Of a DNA stretch of 54,250 nt, positions 1 to 9,878 are shown one piece after another. The stretch comes from Pseudomonas phage PP9W2. The notes under the pieces are model-generated. The model was not told where the DNA came from, searched no databases, and saw only the letters and a list, made by a program, of their open reading frames with translations. The translations under genes were made by a program, and so were the position numbers. The stretch's first letter is position 1, and every line of letters begins with the position of its first letter. Location: the sequence record OM141125.2; one strand, 5' to 3'.

Positions 1-36
1 GCTCTTTTCTCATTTCCACAGAATTTAGGTTTCAAG

Positions 37-417
37 ATGGCACGACACAAACAGCCGGATGTCGTCGCCAAGTTCAAGGGCGCCGACAAGAAAAACCCTC
101 AGCGATACCGGAAAGAGTCCGCTCAAGGTGAGGGTGAAATTGGCGATGCGCCGATCCATCTCCAGGGGCCGGCAAGGCTTGCTTGGGTTGAGCTTTGCTC
201 CCAATCAATCAAGGGCGTCTTGACGGGCTCTGATCGAATCATCCTGGAGGTCACCGCCAACCTGCTTGCTGAGTACAGGTCGAATCCATCGGAGTTCGCT
301 GTAGGCAAGTACACCCACCTGATTGGCAACTTGGCGAGGCTTGGGCTAACCCCATCCGACCGCCAGAAGTTCGGCCTGGAAAAGCCGAAGGAGAAGGACG
401 AGTTCGAGGATTTCTGA
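37..417 (+). CDS. terminase small subunit (P27-like)
   Basis: 126 aa ORF directly upstream of TerL, with sequence typical of the P27 TerS family; it follows an HNH in the equivalent position of prophage 2. Confidence 0.65.
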   Translation: MARHKQPDVVAKFKGADKKNPQRYRKESAQGEGEIGDAPIHLQGPARLAWVELCSQSIKGVLTGSDRIILEVTANLLAEYRSNPSEFAVGKYTHLIGNLARLGLTPSDRQKFGLEKPKEKDEFEDF

Positions 418-418
418 G

Positions 419-2110
419 ATGACCCCCAGCGACATTGCGCGACAGTACGCTAGCGATGTCGTGAGTGGGGGTATCGTCGCGTGCCGGTATGTGAAGTTGG
501 CATGCCAGCGCTTCCTGAATGACCTGGAACGGCAGGGCGATGACGATTGGCCGTACGTTTTCGACGAGGCCAAGGCAGATCGCGCCGTAAAGTTCATGCA
601 GCTCATGCCTCACACCAAAGGCAAATGGAGCGCTTCGAAGTCGAAGTTGGTGTTCGAGCCCTGGCAGGTATTCATCGAGGCCAACATCTTTGGCTGGGTG
701 AAGAAGGACGCTGGCAAGCGCAGGTTCCGCGAGGCCTACGAAGAGGTTCCCAGGAAGAACGGGAAGTCGGCCCGCCTTGCCGCACGAGGCATTTACCTAT
801 TCGCCGCAGATGGCGAGTCGGGAGCCGAGGTCTACTCCGGCGCCACCACCGAGAAGCAGGCCTTCGAGGTTTTCCGTCCGGCGTGGATGATGGCGCACAA
901 GCTGGAGAACCTGCGTAACCGATTCGGTATCGAGCTTTCTGGCAACCAGAAGAACCCTGGCCCCATGTTCGTCATGGAGGATATGTCGAAGTTCGAGACG
1001 GTTATCGGCAACCCAGGGGACGGTGCGAGTCCCCATGCTGCCCTGGTGGACGAGTACCACGAACACGACACGGATGCCCTGGTTGACACCATGCAGACCG
1101 GCATGGGGGCACGAGAACAGCCATTGCTGTCGATCATTACGACGGCAGGATCGAATCTCGGCGGCCCATGTTACGAGAAGCGCAGGGACGTGATCCGCAT
1201 TCTCGAGGGGCAGACGATCGATGAGACGATCTTCGGGATCATCTACACGATCGACGAGGATGATTCGTGGGATGACCCGGCCAGCCTGATCAAGGCCAAT
1301 CCTAATTACGGAGTGTCGGTCTTCCCTGACTTCCTCCTAGCCCAGCTCCAGCAGGCCAAGCGTTCGGCGTCGAAGCAGAACGCCTTCCGCACCAAGCACC
1401 TGAACCAGTGGGTGGGGGCTAGGACGGTCTGGATGAACATGCTGGCCTGGCAGCGGCAGAAGCGCGACTTCACGATTGCGGACATGGCCGGATGTCGCTG
1501 CTGGATGGCTTTGGACCTTGCCAGCAAGAAAGACGTGGCCGCCCTGGTAATGCTGTTCGAGAAAGCTGGTCAGTTCTACTGCATTCCGCGCTTCTACGCT
1601 CCAGAGGCCGCCGCTGAGGAAAACGAGAAGTATCAGAACTTCGCGCTTGAGGGTCATCTGACCCTGACGCCAGGGAGCATGACGGACTACGCATTCATCG
1701 AGGCAGACATCCTTGATCTGGCAAAACAGATCGACCTGCAAGATGTTGCCTTCGACGACTGGCAGGCCAACTACCTGATTACCCGACTCTCCAACACATC
1801 CATCCCGGTCGTGGACTTCAACCAGACAGTGAAGAACATGAGCGACCCGATGAAGGAGGTGGAGGCAAGGGTAATAGCGCGGACGCTCTGGCATGACGGG
1901 AACCCAGTCATGACCTGGATGATGGGCAACGTGGCGGCAAAGATCGACGCCAAGGAAAACATCTACCCGCGCAAGGAAAACGACAACGACCCCAACTGCA
2001 AGATCGATGGTCCAGTGACCTTGATCATGGCTATGGGGCGCGCCCTGGTTGCCGGAGTTGATGACGGCGACGACTTCATGAACGCCATACGGAATCCCAT
2101 CATCGCATGA
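419..2110 (+). CDS. terminase large subunit
   Basis: 563 aa with an ATPase N-terminal domain and a nuclease C-terminal domain; conserved position upstream of the portal gene. Confidence 0.85.
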   Translation: MTPSDIARQYASDVVSGGIVACRYVKLACQRFLNDLERQGDDDWPYVFDEAKADRAVKFMQLMPHTKGKWSASKSKLVFEPWQVFIEANIFGWVKKDAGKRRFREAYEEVPRKNGKSARLAARGIYLFAADGESGAEVYSGATTEKQAFEVFRPAWMMAHKLENLRNRFGIELSGNQKNPGPMFVMEDMSKFETVIGNPGDGASPHAALVDEYHEHDTDALVDTMQTGMGAREQPLLSIITTAGSNLGGPCYEKRRDVIRILEGQTIDETIFGIIYTIDEDDSWDDPASLIKANPNYGVSVFPDFLLAQLQQAKRSASKQNAFRTKHLNQWVGARTVWMNMLAWQRQKRDFTIADMAGCRCWMALDLASKKDVAALVMLFEKAGQFYCIPRFYAPEAAAEENEKYQNFALEGHLTLTPGSMTDYAFIEADILDLAKQIDLQDVAFDDWQANYLITRLSNTSIPVVDFNQTVKNMSDPMKEVEARVIARTLWHDGNPVMTWMMGNVAAKIDAKENIYPRKENDNDPNCKIDGPVTLIMAMGRALVAGVDDGDDFMNAIRNPIIA

Positions 2111-2271
2111 ACATCGCAACTGGCCTCTACCTCTTCTTCGGCGTCCTTGGTCTGGCTCTTTTCGTAGCCGGAACCTTTGTGCTGCTGGGGCTCGGCTGGG
2201 CGCTCATTTCCGGTGCAGCGTCAGCATTCGCTATCGCGGCGTTCATTCGCAAGGGGCTGACCAGTGAGTAA
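2107..2271 (+). CDS. small two-TM membrane protein (54 aa)
   Basis: MNIATGLYLFFGVLGLALFVAGTFVLLGLGWALISGAASAFAIAAFIRKGLTSE. ATGA overlap with the TerL stop and its own stop overlaps the portal GTG start. GC3-rich codons. Below the ORF-track length cutoff. Confidence 0.35.
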   Translation: MNIATGLYLFFGVLGLALFVAGTFVLLGLGWALISGAASAFAIAAFIRKGLTSE

Positions 2272-3568
2272 GAGTCTCGGAAAAGTCCTGAGCAGTGCTA
2301 CGTCTGCGCCCAGGTCTTCATTGTTCGGTTGGGGGGATAAGACCATCCGCCTGACAGATGGCGCGTTCTGGTCGCAGTTCTTGGGGCGAGAGTCCTCGAG
2401 CGGGAAGAAGGTCACTGTCGACAAGGCAATGAAGCTGTCCGCGGTATGGGCTTGCGTTCGCTTGATCTCTACTTCTGTCGCCGGCCTGCCGCTTGGAGTG
2501 TACGAGCGGAAAGCGGACGGGAGCAGAGTCGATGCTCGGTCGTTCCCGCTCTACGATGTTGTTCACAACAGCCCCAATGACGACATGACGGCCTTCCAGT
2601 TCTGGCAAGCCATGGTCGCATCGATGTTGCTTTGGGGGAACGCATACGCGGAGATTCGTCGTGCTGCCGGTAGGCCTGCTGCGCTGGACTTCCTGCTTCC
2701 ATCGAGGGTCGACCTGGAGTGTGATGACAACGGTCGGCTGAAGTACTTCTACACGCCAAAGAAGGGTGCCCGTAGAGAGATCGAGCGCACAAACATGCTG
2801 CACATCCCGGCGTTCACGCTGGATGGCAGAGTCGGTCTCTCTGCCATCCGGTATGGCGTCGATGTCTTCGGTTCGGTCATGTCGGCGGAGGATGCCGCCA
2901 ACGGCACATTCAAGAACGGACTGCTCCCCACGGTCGCATTCAAGGTCGACCGCACTCTCCAGCCTGCGCAGAGGGAGGAGTTCAGGGAGTACGTGAAGTC
3001 CATATCTGGCGCTATGAACGCTGGGAGGTCCCCTGTACTGGAGCAGGGTATTACCCCTGAGACTATCGGCATCAACCCAGTCGATGCTCAGTTGCTGGAG
3101 ACGCGAGAGCATGGAGTGATCGAGATTTGCAGATGGTTCGGGGTTCCGCCCTGGATGATTGGTCAGACCGACAAAGGGAGTAACTGGGGGACCGGGCTTG
3201 AACAGCAGATGCTCGCGTTCCTGACATTCTCGATCAGTTCGATCACCAATCAGATTCAGCAGTGCGTCAACAAGCGGCTGCTAACTGCGCCCGAGCGGAT
3301 TCGCTATTACGCCGAGTTTTCCCTTGAGGGATTCCTGAAAGCTGATAGCGCGGGTCGCGCTGCCTGGTACAGCACCATGGCGCAAAACGGATTCATGACT
3401 CGCAATGAAGGTCGCCGGAAAGAGAACCTTCCAGAGCTTCCCGGCGGCGACATCCTGACTGTGCAATCCAACCTTGTCCCCCTCGACCAACTCGGTCAAT
3501 CCAATGAGAGCCAGGCGGTTCGCGCCGCACTCATGAACTGGCTCAGCCAGCCAGAACCACAGGAGTAA
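2264..3568 (+). CDS. portal protein (HK97 family)
   Basis: 434 aa, GTG start with AAGGGG RBS; sits between TerL and the prohead protease. Confidence 0.85.
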   Translation: MSKSLGKVLSSATSAPRSSLFGWGDKTIRLTDGAFWSQFLGRESSSGKKVTVDKAMKLSAVWACVRLISTSVAGLPLGVYERKADGSRVDARSFPLYDVVHNSPNDDMTAFQFWQAMVASMLLWGNAYAEIRRAAGRPAALDFLLPSRVDLECDDNGRLKYFYTPKKGARREIERTNMLHIPAFTLDGRVGLSAIRYGVDVFGSVMSAEDAANGTFKNGLLPTVAFKVDRTLQPAQREEFREYVKSISGAMNAGRSPVLEQGITPETIGINPVDAQLLETREHGVIEICRWFGVPPWMIGQTDKGSNWGTGLEQQMLAFLTFSISSITNQIQQCVNKRLLTAPERIRYYAEFSLEGFLKADSAGRAAWYSTMAQNGFMTRNEGRRKENLPELPGGDILTVQSNLVPLDQLGQSNESQAVRAALMNWLSQPEPQE

Positions 3569-3571
3569 CCC

Positions 3572-4462
3572 ATGACTCTGCGAAATCTTCCGGCAGCGCC
3601 GGAGGCTCGCCCGCGCTCGGGCGTCCAGTGCGACCTGGCGCCAAAAGCGCTGGATGCATGGCGTCCTGAGCTTCGCGCCGCGTCCGGCGATAACCCCGAC
3701 ACCACCATCACCATCTACGAGCCCATCGGTTATGACTGGTGGACCGGCGAGGGCGTAACCGCGAAACGCATTGCCGGTGCGCTGCGCGCCATCGGCGGCG
3801 ATGTCGATGTGACCGTGAATATCAATAGTCCGGGCGGCGACGTGTTCGAGGGGCTGGCGATTTACAACCTGCTGCGCGAGCACAAGGGCAAGGTCTCGGT
3901 GAACATCATCGGATTGGCTGCCTCTGCCGCCTCCTTTATCGCCATGGCAGGGGATGAAATCCGCATTGGCCGCGCCGCCTTCCTGATGATCCACAACGCC
4001 TGGCTGATCGCCATGGGCAATCGGAACGACCTGCGTGAGATCGCCGACTGGCTGGAGCCATTCGACATGACGCTGGCTGACATTTACGCGCAGCGCACCG
4101 GCATCGATATCGACGACATCGTGAAGCAGATGGACGCCGAGACCTGGATCGGCGGGCGCGAAGCCGTCGACAAGGGGTGGGCAGATGCCTTCCTGGAATC
4201 CGACGAGATCTCCAGTGCGCCGAGCAACCGCAGTGAAGCCATCTTGGCCAAGCGCCGGATGGATGCCGCTCTGGCTCGCAGCGGCATGCCGCGAAGCCAG
4301 CGCAATGAACTCATCAATGACTTCAAGACCAGCATGCTTGGCGCTGCTGGCGGGGGTGGTGACACCCCGACCGATATGCCTGGCGCTGTCGCTCCTGACC
4401 TCTCCGCTGCACTACGGGCAGCACAAGACATCACTAAATTCCTCCAAGGAGAATCGCAATGA
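3572..4462 (+). CDS. ClpP-like prohead protease (S14)
   Basis: NINSPGGDVFEGLAIYN ClpP signature with Ser/His catalytic context; AGGAG RBS. Confidence 0.85.
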   Translation: MTLRNLPAAPEARPRSGVQCDLAPKALDAWRPELRAASGDNPDTTITIYEPIGYDWWTGEGVTAKRIAGALRAIGGDVDVTVNINSPGGDVFEGLAIYNLLREHKGKVSVNIIGLAASAASFIAMAGDEIRIGRAAFLMIHNAWLIAMGNRNDLREIADWLEPFDMTLADIYAQRTGIDIDDIVKQMDAETWIGGREAVDKGWADAFLESDEISSAPSNRSEAILAKRRMDAALARSGMPRSQRNELINDFKTSMLGAAGGGGDTPTDMPGAVAPDLSAALRAAQDITKFLQGESQ

Positions 4463-5646
4463 GCGACTTCGAGAAACAAATCGGCGAACTGAACACCAGC
4501 CTCAAGCAGGTCGGCGATCAGATCAAGGCCCAGGCCGAACAGGTCAACACCCAAATCGCCAACTTCGGCGAGATGAACAAGGAAACCCGAGCCAAGGTCG
4601 ACGAACTGCTGACCGCTCAGGGCGAACTGCAAGCACGGCTGAGCGCCGCAGAACAAGCCATGCTGGCCAACGAGAAGCGTGACGGCGGCGAGGAAGCACC
4701 GAAGACCGCCGGCCAAATGGTCGCAGAGAGCCTGAAAGAGCAGGGTGTAACCAGCTCCCTGCGCGGTTCGCATCGCGTATCCATGCCGCGCTCGGCCATC
4801 ACCTCCATCGACAGCTCTGGCGGTGCCCTGGTTGCTCCTGATCGTCGCCCCGGTGTCGTTGCCGCTCCGCAGCGTCGACTGACCATCCGCGACCTGGTTG
4901 CGCCGGGCACCACTGAATCGAACTCCGTCGAGTACGTTCGCGAGACCGGCTTCGTCAACAATGCCGCTCCTGTTTCGGAAGGCACCCAGAAGCCGTACTC
5001 GGACCTGACCTTCGAGCTGGAAAACGCGCCGGTTCGCACCATCGCCCACTTGTTCAAGGCAAGTCGCCAGATCCTGGACGACGCATCGGCCTTGCAGAGC
5101 TACATCGATGCGCGCGCTCGTTACGGCCTGATGTTGGTCGAAGAAGGTCAACTGCTCTACGGAAACGGAACCGGTGCCAATCTGCACGGCATCATTCCGC
5201 AGGCACAGGCCTACGCTCCGCCGAGCGGCGTAGTGGTGACTGCCGAGCAGCGAATCGACCGCATCCGCCTGGCGATCCTTCAGGCGCAACTGGCCGAGTT
5301 CCCGGCCAGCGGTATCGTGCTCAACCCCATCGACTGGGCGCTGATCGAGCTGACCAAGGACGCCGAGAACCGCTACATCATCGGCAGCCCGCAGAACGGC
5401 ACCACTCCGACCCTCTGGCGTCTGCCGGTGGTGGAAACCCAGGCCATCACTCAGGACGAGTTCTTGACCGGGGCATTCTCGCTCGGCGCCCAGATCTTCG
5501 ACCGCATGGATATCGAGGTTCTGGTCTCCACCGAGAACGACAAGGACTTCGAGAAAAACATGGTAACCATCCGCGCTGAAGAGCGACTGGCCTTCGCGGT
5601 CTATCGGCCTGAGGCGTTTGTCACTGGTTCGCTGACCGCCAGCTGA
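4459..5646 (+). CDS. major capsid protein (HK97 fold)
   Basis: 395 aa immediately after the protease; the N-terminal delta-like coiled coil is followed by a capsid domain. Confidence 0.85.
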   Translation: MSDFEKQIGELNTSLKQVGDQIKAQAEQVNTQIANFGEMNKETRAKVDELLTAQGELQARLSAAEQAMLANEKRDGGEEAPKTAGQMVAESLKEQGVTSSLRGSHRVSMPRSAITSIDSSGGALVAPDRRPGVVAAPQRRLTIRDLVAPGTTESNSVEYVRETGFVNNAAPVSEGTQKPYSDLTFELENAPVRTIAHLFKASRQILDDASALQSYIDARARYGLMLVEEGQLLYGNGTGANLHGIIPQAQAYAPPSGVVVTAEQRIDRIRLAILQAQLAEFPASGIVLNPIDWALIELTKDAENRYIIGSPQNGTTPTLWRLPVVETQAITQDEFLTGAFSLGAQIFDRMDIEVLVSTENDKDFEKNMVTIRAEERLAFAVYRPEAFVTGSLTAS

Positions 5647-5684
5647 CTGGAAGGGGCCGGTCTCCCGGCCCCTCTTTCTTTGAG

Positions 5685-6409
5685 GTGATTATGTCTGACG
5701 TAATGATCAAGCCGGTTCGTTCCTACCTGGATGGCGGTCGTGTGAGAAAGGCTGGTGGTGATGCATACCTCGCATCCGAGTACCTGGCTCGCCAGTTGGT
5801 GGCGCGCGGACTTTGCCAGATTGTGGAATCAGAGATCCCAAAGCCTGTGGCTGGCGAGTCGCTGTCTGCCTCGCAAGTGGCCCCAGCCTCACAGCAGAAG
5901 ACTGCGAACGAGTCCGAGAGTGGCGGAACTCCTCGCCGCAGAGGGCGGCCATCTGCACGAACACAACGTTCCGACTGACTCCCTGGGCTGATGCGCTGTG
6001 GGCAATGGATAAAGTCTGGTGGGAGAGATACGCCGCCGAGGCTAAAGCAAACTTCTGCGGTGAGCTTCTGACACTCAGCGCCAATCCCTTCGGCATCAAA
6101 ACGGCACGCATTGAGCACTACAGGAACTCAGGCGGCGGCGCAGTTTCTTTGGCCATAGCCAGGGGCGCCAAGCGAATCATCCTTCTCGGCTACGACATGC
6201 AGAAAACTGGCGGGATGTCTCACTGGCATGGTGATCACCCCAGAGGGCTGGGTCGTGCAGGGAAGATATCCGAGTGGCCGGTAGAGTTCGAAAACCTGAA
6301 GCGCAAGAACCCTGGGATAGAAATCATCAATTGCACACGCGAAACGGCGCTTACCTGTTTCGCGCGTAGACCGCTGGAGGACGCGCTGAATGAGCCTGAT
6401 CCCGCTTGA
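5685..6409 (+). CDS. hypothetical protein spanning two overlapping frames (5685..5978 and 5813..6409)
   Basis: The frame-0 ORF has a strong RBS (GAGGTGATTATG). The long downstream ORF in the -1 frame has no RBS. A CCCAAAG heptamer at 5837-5843 sits in the frame-0 register. Confidence 0.35.
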
Positions 6410-6710
6410 TACGGCAAAGTCCTTTCTTGATGTGATCCACGATTGGGATGACGCCAAGCTCCAGTTGCTGCTGGATGGAGCGGAGGACGAGGCCTGCCAG
6501 TTCATGTGGCGCCAGTCCCTTGATGGCCTTTGCAACTGCGAAGAGAGCAGTGAGGCTGTCAGTAGCGAACCGGGACTTCCGCCTAGCGTGGTCATCGGAG
6601 TGCTTCTTTTGCTTCAGGCCAGCTATCAGGCTGCTCCCGATGAAATCGCGACGCTGCGTAAGGCGGCCGAGGTGAAGCTGATGCCGTACCGATGCGGCTT
6701 GGGGGTTTGA
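6390..6710 (+). CDS. head-tail connector (gp6-like)
   Basis: MSLIPLDTAKSFLDV...LQLLLDGAEDEA is typical of the gp6-like head-tail connector family. Confidence 0.7.
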   Translation: MSLIPLDTAKSFLDVIHDWDDAKLQLLLDGAEDEACQFMWRQSLDGLCNCEESSEAVSSEPGLPPSVVIGVLLLLQASYQAAPDEIATLRKAAEVKLMPYRCGLGV

Positions 6711-7067
6711 ATGCTGGCCTACCGTATGCGCCATCGCATTCAGTTTCAGCGGCAGGTACAAACACAAGACCCTGATACGGGGGAAATGGTGACGACCTGG
6801 GAGACCGTTCTGTTCTCCGGTCGCGCCGACCTTCCCGCCGAGGTTCTGACTGGCCCAGGTCGCGAGCTGATCGCTGCCGATGCTACGCAGGCGGAGACCA
6901 CTGCCAGGATCAATTGTCGATGGTTCCCCGTTGAGCGGTTGGAACTCTACACCTGGCGTGTCATCTGGGATGGCCGGGTCTACAACATCACCAGCGCAGA
7001 GACCGATGTCACCGCTCGGCGTGAATGGCGACTGCGCTGCTCTGATGGATTGACGGACGGACGCTAG
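6711..7067 (+). CDS. head closure / head-tail adaptor protein
   Basis: 118 aa; size, position and sequence are typical of HK97 gp7-like head-tail joining proteins. Confidence 0.6.
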   Translation: MLAYRMRHRIQFQRQVQTQDPDTGEMVTTWETVLFSGRADLPAEVLTGPGRELIAADATQAETTARINCRWFPVERLELYTWRVIWDGRVYNITSAETDVTARREWRLRCSDGLTDGR

Positions 7068-7075
7068 GAGGTCAC

Positions 7076-7903
7076 TTGTTCATCCGCGGAATGCTTGGCC
7101 TTGGTGACAATATCTACGCCCGCGCGTTCGTGAAGAAGCACCTTGGAGCCTATCTCGAAACGCCGTGGCCCCAGCTCTATGCAGACATCGATGTGAAATG
7201 CGTGCGTCCGAGCACGCAGCTCCGCACGCAAGCGAAGAACGTCCAGCGCCCGGCGCAGTGGCATAAGCCATTCGGTGGCGGCCAGCTCCGAATCGCCTAC
7301 GGCCAGATGCCGATCATCCAGGGCTTGCGCCAAGCGTTCCGGTGCGAGCCCGGTGTGTTTGATCTGCCAGACTTCGGTCCATCACCGGTCGAAGGGCGCT
7401 ATGTCCTGGTTCGCCCGGCGACGGTTCGTGCTGAGTGGCGTGCAGACACGCGCAACCCACTTCCTGAGTACATCGCTAGCGCTGCCGCAGTGATGCGCCG
7501 CAGGGGCTGGAAAGTGGTTTCCGTGGCGGACTTGGAGCCGGGTAAGGAATGGGCGATCGATCCACTTCCTCCGGCAGACATCAAGTTCCATAAGGGTGAA
7601 CTGCCGGTTGAGAAATTACTTGCCCTTTTGCAATACGCCGACGCAGTGATTGGCGGCATTGGCTGGATCGTGCCGGCCGCCATCGCCGCAAAGCGGCCGG
7701 CCTGGATCATCTGTGGCGGGCAGGGCGGCTACAACTCGCCGGAACACATCACCGACAAATGCATGGACCTGTCCCGCATCACATTCGCGGTTCCCGACAG
7801 GTTCTGCCGCTGCACGTTGAAACAGCACAACTGTGACAAAAGGATCGCCGATCATGACGCACGCTTTGCCGCCTGGGCTGACCGACTGCCTGCTCTGGTC
7901 TGA
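7076..7903 (+). CDS. GT-B fold glycosyltransferase, family 9 (heptosyltransferase)-like
   Basis: TTG start after an AGGAGG RBS. N-terminal MLGLGDNIY resembles the GT9 RLSxLGD motif. C-terminal LLALLQYADAVIGGIGWIVPAAIAAKRPAWIICGG resembles the GT9 donor-binding segment. Confidence 0.45.
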   Translation: MFIRGMLGLGDNIYARAFVKKHLGAYLETPWPQLYADIDVKCVRPSTQLRTQAKNVQRPAQWHKPFGGGQLRIAYGQMPIIQGLRQAFRCEPGVFDLPDFGPSPVEGRYVLVRPATVRAEWRADTRNPLPEYIASAAAVMRRRGWKVVSVADLEPGKEWAIDPLPPADIKFHKGELPVEKLLALLQYADAVIGGIGWIVPAAIAAKRPAWIICGGQGGYNSPEHITDKCMDLSRITFAVPDRFCRCTLKQHNCDKRIADHDARFAAWADRLPALV

Positions 7904-8471
7904 AGAGCTTGGCATGGGCTTCCACCCGCGCCCGCCGATGGACTATAGCGGGCCGTATTTCGAGAAGTATCAGGTGCTTGACGCTACCCCGATGGGCGCC
8001 GCGCTGACCCAGGCCCGTATTGATCTGGTGCGCCGTCACTTTGCCGGCCAGGTGGTAGACATCGGTATCGGCGGAGGCCGTTTCGTCACCGAGTCCGGCG
8101 CTATGGGTTTCGACGTGAACCCGGAGGCGGTGGACTGGCTGAAGGCGCAGGAGCGCTACTACGACCCGTACCAGCACCACGCAGAAGCCGTGACCTGCTG
8201 GGACAGCCTGGAGCACATTCCCGAGCCGGAGAAGCTGCTCGACCACGTTGGCGAGTGGCTGTTCGTGTCCATGCCGATTTATAAGGATCAGGCTGACTGC
8301 CTGTCCTCCAAGCACTACAAGCCGGGTGAGCATATCTGGTACCACACGATGCACGGTTTGATCGGATGGTGCGAGCGTCAAGGTTTCGAATGTGTCGAGC
8401 TAAACGACCAGGAGTCGAAACTTGGCCGAGAAGGCATCACCAGCTTTGCGTTCCGGAGAGTCCATGGCTGA
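7854..8471 (+). CDS. class I SAM-dependent methyltransferase
   Basis: Motif I VVDIGIGGGRF, post-I acidic residue, and CWDSLEHIPEPEKLL / LFVSMP motifs; AAGGA RBS. Confidence 0.65.
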   Translation: MTHALPPGLTDCLLWSEELGMGFHPRPPMDYSGPYFEKYQVLDATPMGAALTQARIDLVRRHFAGQVVDIGIGGGRFVTESGAMGFDVNPEAVDWLKAQERYYDPYQHHAEAVTCWDSLEHIPEPEKLLDHVGEWLFVSMPIYKDQADCLSSKHYKPGEHIWYHTMHGLIGWCERQGFECVELNDQESKLGREGITSFAFRRVHG

Positions 8472-8937
8472 CGGCGTTGAGTTCAGCATCACCGGGCTTG
8501 AAGGCGTGCTCGAGAAACTCAGAACTCTTGGCCCGCGCCTCCAAAAGAACGGCCTGAGAAAAGCAGCCCGCAGGGCGATGAACATTGTCAGGGATGCCGC
8601 ACGAGAAAAGGCGCGACTTGTCGATGATCCCGAAACACCAGAGAAAATCTGGAAGAACATCATCACTCAAGAGTCCGCCAAGCAGGGGCGGCGTGAAGGG
8701 GGGGTGGTGATGAAGGTTGGAGTGCGCGGCGGCGCTGGTCGAAACCAGTACAGCAAGGATGCAAGCGGAAATCCTGGTGGCGACACCAGGCACTGGCGCT
8801 ATCTGGAGTTCGGCACCAAGTACTCGCCGGCGAAGCCATTCATGCGGCCTGCTCTGTCTCAAAACATTGAGCCCGTTACTGAAAAATTCATATCCGAGCT
8901 TGATGGCGAAATAGACAAGGCTCTAAGGGGGAGGTGA
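8464..8937 (+). CDS. HK97 gp10-family tail-component protein
   Basis: Start overlaps the MTase stop (ATGGCTGA) with a GGAGAG RBS; size and sequence are typical of the gp10 family. Confidence 0.55.
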   Translation: MADGVEFSITGLEGVLEKLRTLGPRLQKNGLRKAARRAMNIVRDAAREKARLVDDPETPEKIWKNIITQESAKQGRREGGVVMKVGVRGGAGRNQYSKDASGNPGGDTRHWRYLEFGTKYSPAKPFMRPALSQNIEPVTEKFISELDGEIDKALRGR

Positions 8938-9302
8938 TGCATCCGCCAATCTTTAAGGTCTGCTCAAGTAGTCCCGCTGTTACCGCGATTCTCGGTGCGT
9001 CCCCGCTGAGGATGTATCAGTTTGGCCTGGCCCCCCAGCTCGTCGTCAAGCCGTACGCAACATGGCAGACCATATCTGGATCGCCGGAGAACTACCTATG
9101 GGGGCGCCCTGACGCCGATGGGTTCACCCTCCAGGTGGACATTTTCTCAGCCACCGCTGCGGAAGCCAGAGATGCAGCAAAGGCCATCAGGGATGCAATT
9201 GAGCTTTCAGCCTATGTAGTCCGCTGGGGAGGGGAATCTGTTGATCCTGATACCAAGACCTACCGAGTCAGCTTTGACATCGACTGGATAGTCCAGCGAT
9301 AG
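8937..9302 (+). CDS. tail completion/terminator protein (DUF3168-like)
   Basis: About 120 aa between the gp10-like gene and the major tail gene; GGGAGGTG RBS. Confidence 0.5.
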   Translation: MHPPIFKVCSSSPAVTAILGASPLRMYQFGLAPQLVVKPYATWQTISGSPENYLWGRPDADGFTLQVDIFSATAAEARDAAKAIRDAIELSAYVVRWGGESVDPDTKTYRVSFDIDWIVQR

Positions 9303-9317
9303 ACACCTAAACCAATC

Positions 9318-9345
9318 AGCCCGCCACCGCGCGGGTTTTTATTGC
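9318..9345 (+). terminator. rho-independent terminator
   Basis: GC hairpin (agcccgccaccgcgcggg) followed by TTTTTATT. Confidence 0.5.
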
Positions 9346-9365
9346 CTGCTACAGGAGAAGACGTT

Positions 9366-9869
9366 ATGTCGATGCTTACCCAAGGAACTCAGGTCTATGC
9401 CCTTGTTCCGCCCCGCTCTGGATCTGGTCCTTTTACGGTGATGGAGATCGAGTGCGCAACCTCCTTCAACCCCGGAGGAAACCCGGCGGATCAGATCGAG
9501 GACCCGTGCTTGAGCGAGACCTCGCGCAAATACAAGAAGGGCATGCGTACCCCTGGTCAAGCCACTCTCGGACTGAATGCAGATCCGCGGAATGCGAGCC
9601 ATGTTCGGCTCTTTCAGCTCTCAGAGGATGACAGTGACCAGGATATTGTCTTTGCTGTCGGCTGGTCAGATGGTGTCGGTGTAAGCCCGTCCGCAGACCA
9701 AGACAGCAATGGAGACTGGGACTTTGATCTTCCGCCGACGCGTACATGGTTCGTTTTCCGTGGTTACGTCAGCGACTTCCCGTTCGATTTTGCAGCCAAC
9801 ACCCTGGTCGCCACCCAGGCCACGATCCAGCGCTCTGGCGCAGGGCAGTGGATTCCGAAAACCGCGTAA
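9366..9869 (+). CDS. major tail (tube) protein
   Basis: AGGAGAAG RBS; about 167 aa immediately upstream of the G/G-T chaperone pair. Confidence 0.6.
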   Translation: MSMLTQGTQVYALVPPRSGSGPFTVMEIECATSFNPGGNPADQIEDPCLSETSRKYKKGMRTPGQATLGLNADPRNASHVRLFQLSEDDSDQDIVFAVGWSDGVGVSPSADQDSNGDWDFDLPPTRTWFVFRGYVSDFPFDFAANTLVATQATIQRSGAGQWIPKTA

Positions 9870-9878
9870 GGAGCAGAC

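Noticed and set aside
1337-2119. 260-aa minus-strand ORF inside terL, plus similar long antisense ORFs at 4084..5289, 13437..14333, 18895..19884 and 20278..21339
   Set aside because: They are antisense to well-supported structural genes. They are Arg/His/Val-rich with no RBS, typical of stop-codon-poor antisense frames in high-GC DNA.
5813-6409. Independent 198-aa gene starting at TTG 5813, and an HxHxDH (HWHGDH) metallo-beta-lactamase interpretation
   Set aside because: There is no RBS at 5813. The HxHxDH motif lies too near the C-terminus and lacks the other MBL motifs. It is treated as part of a frame-changing gene instead.
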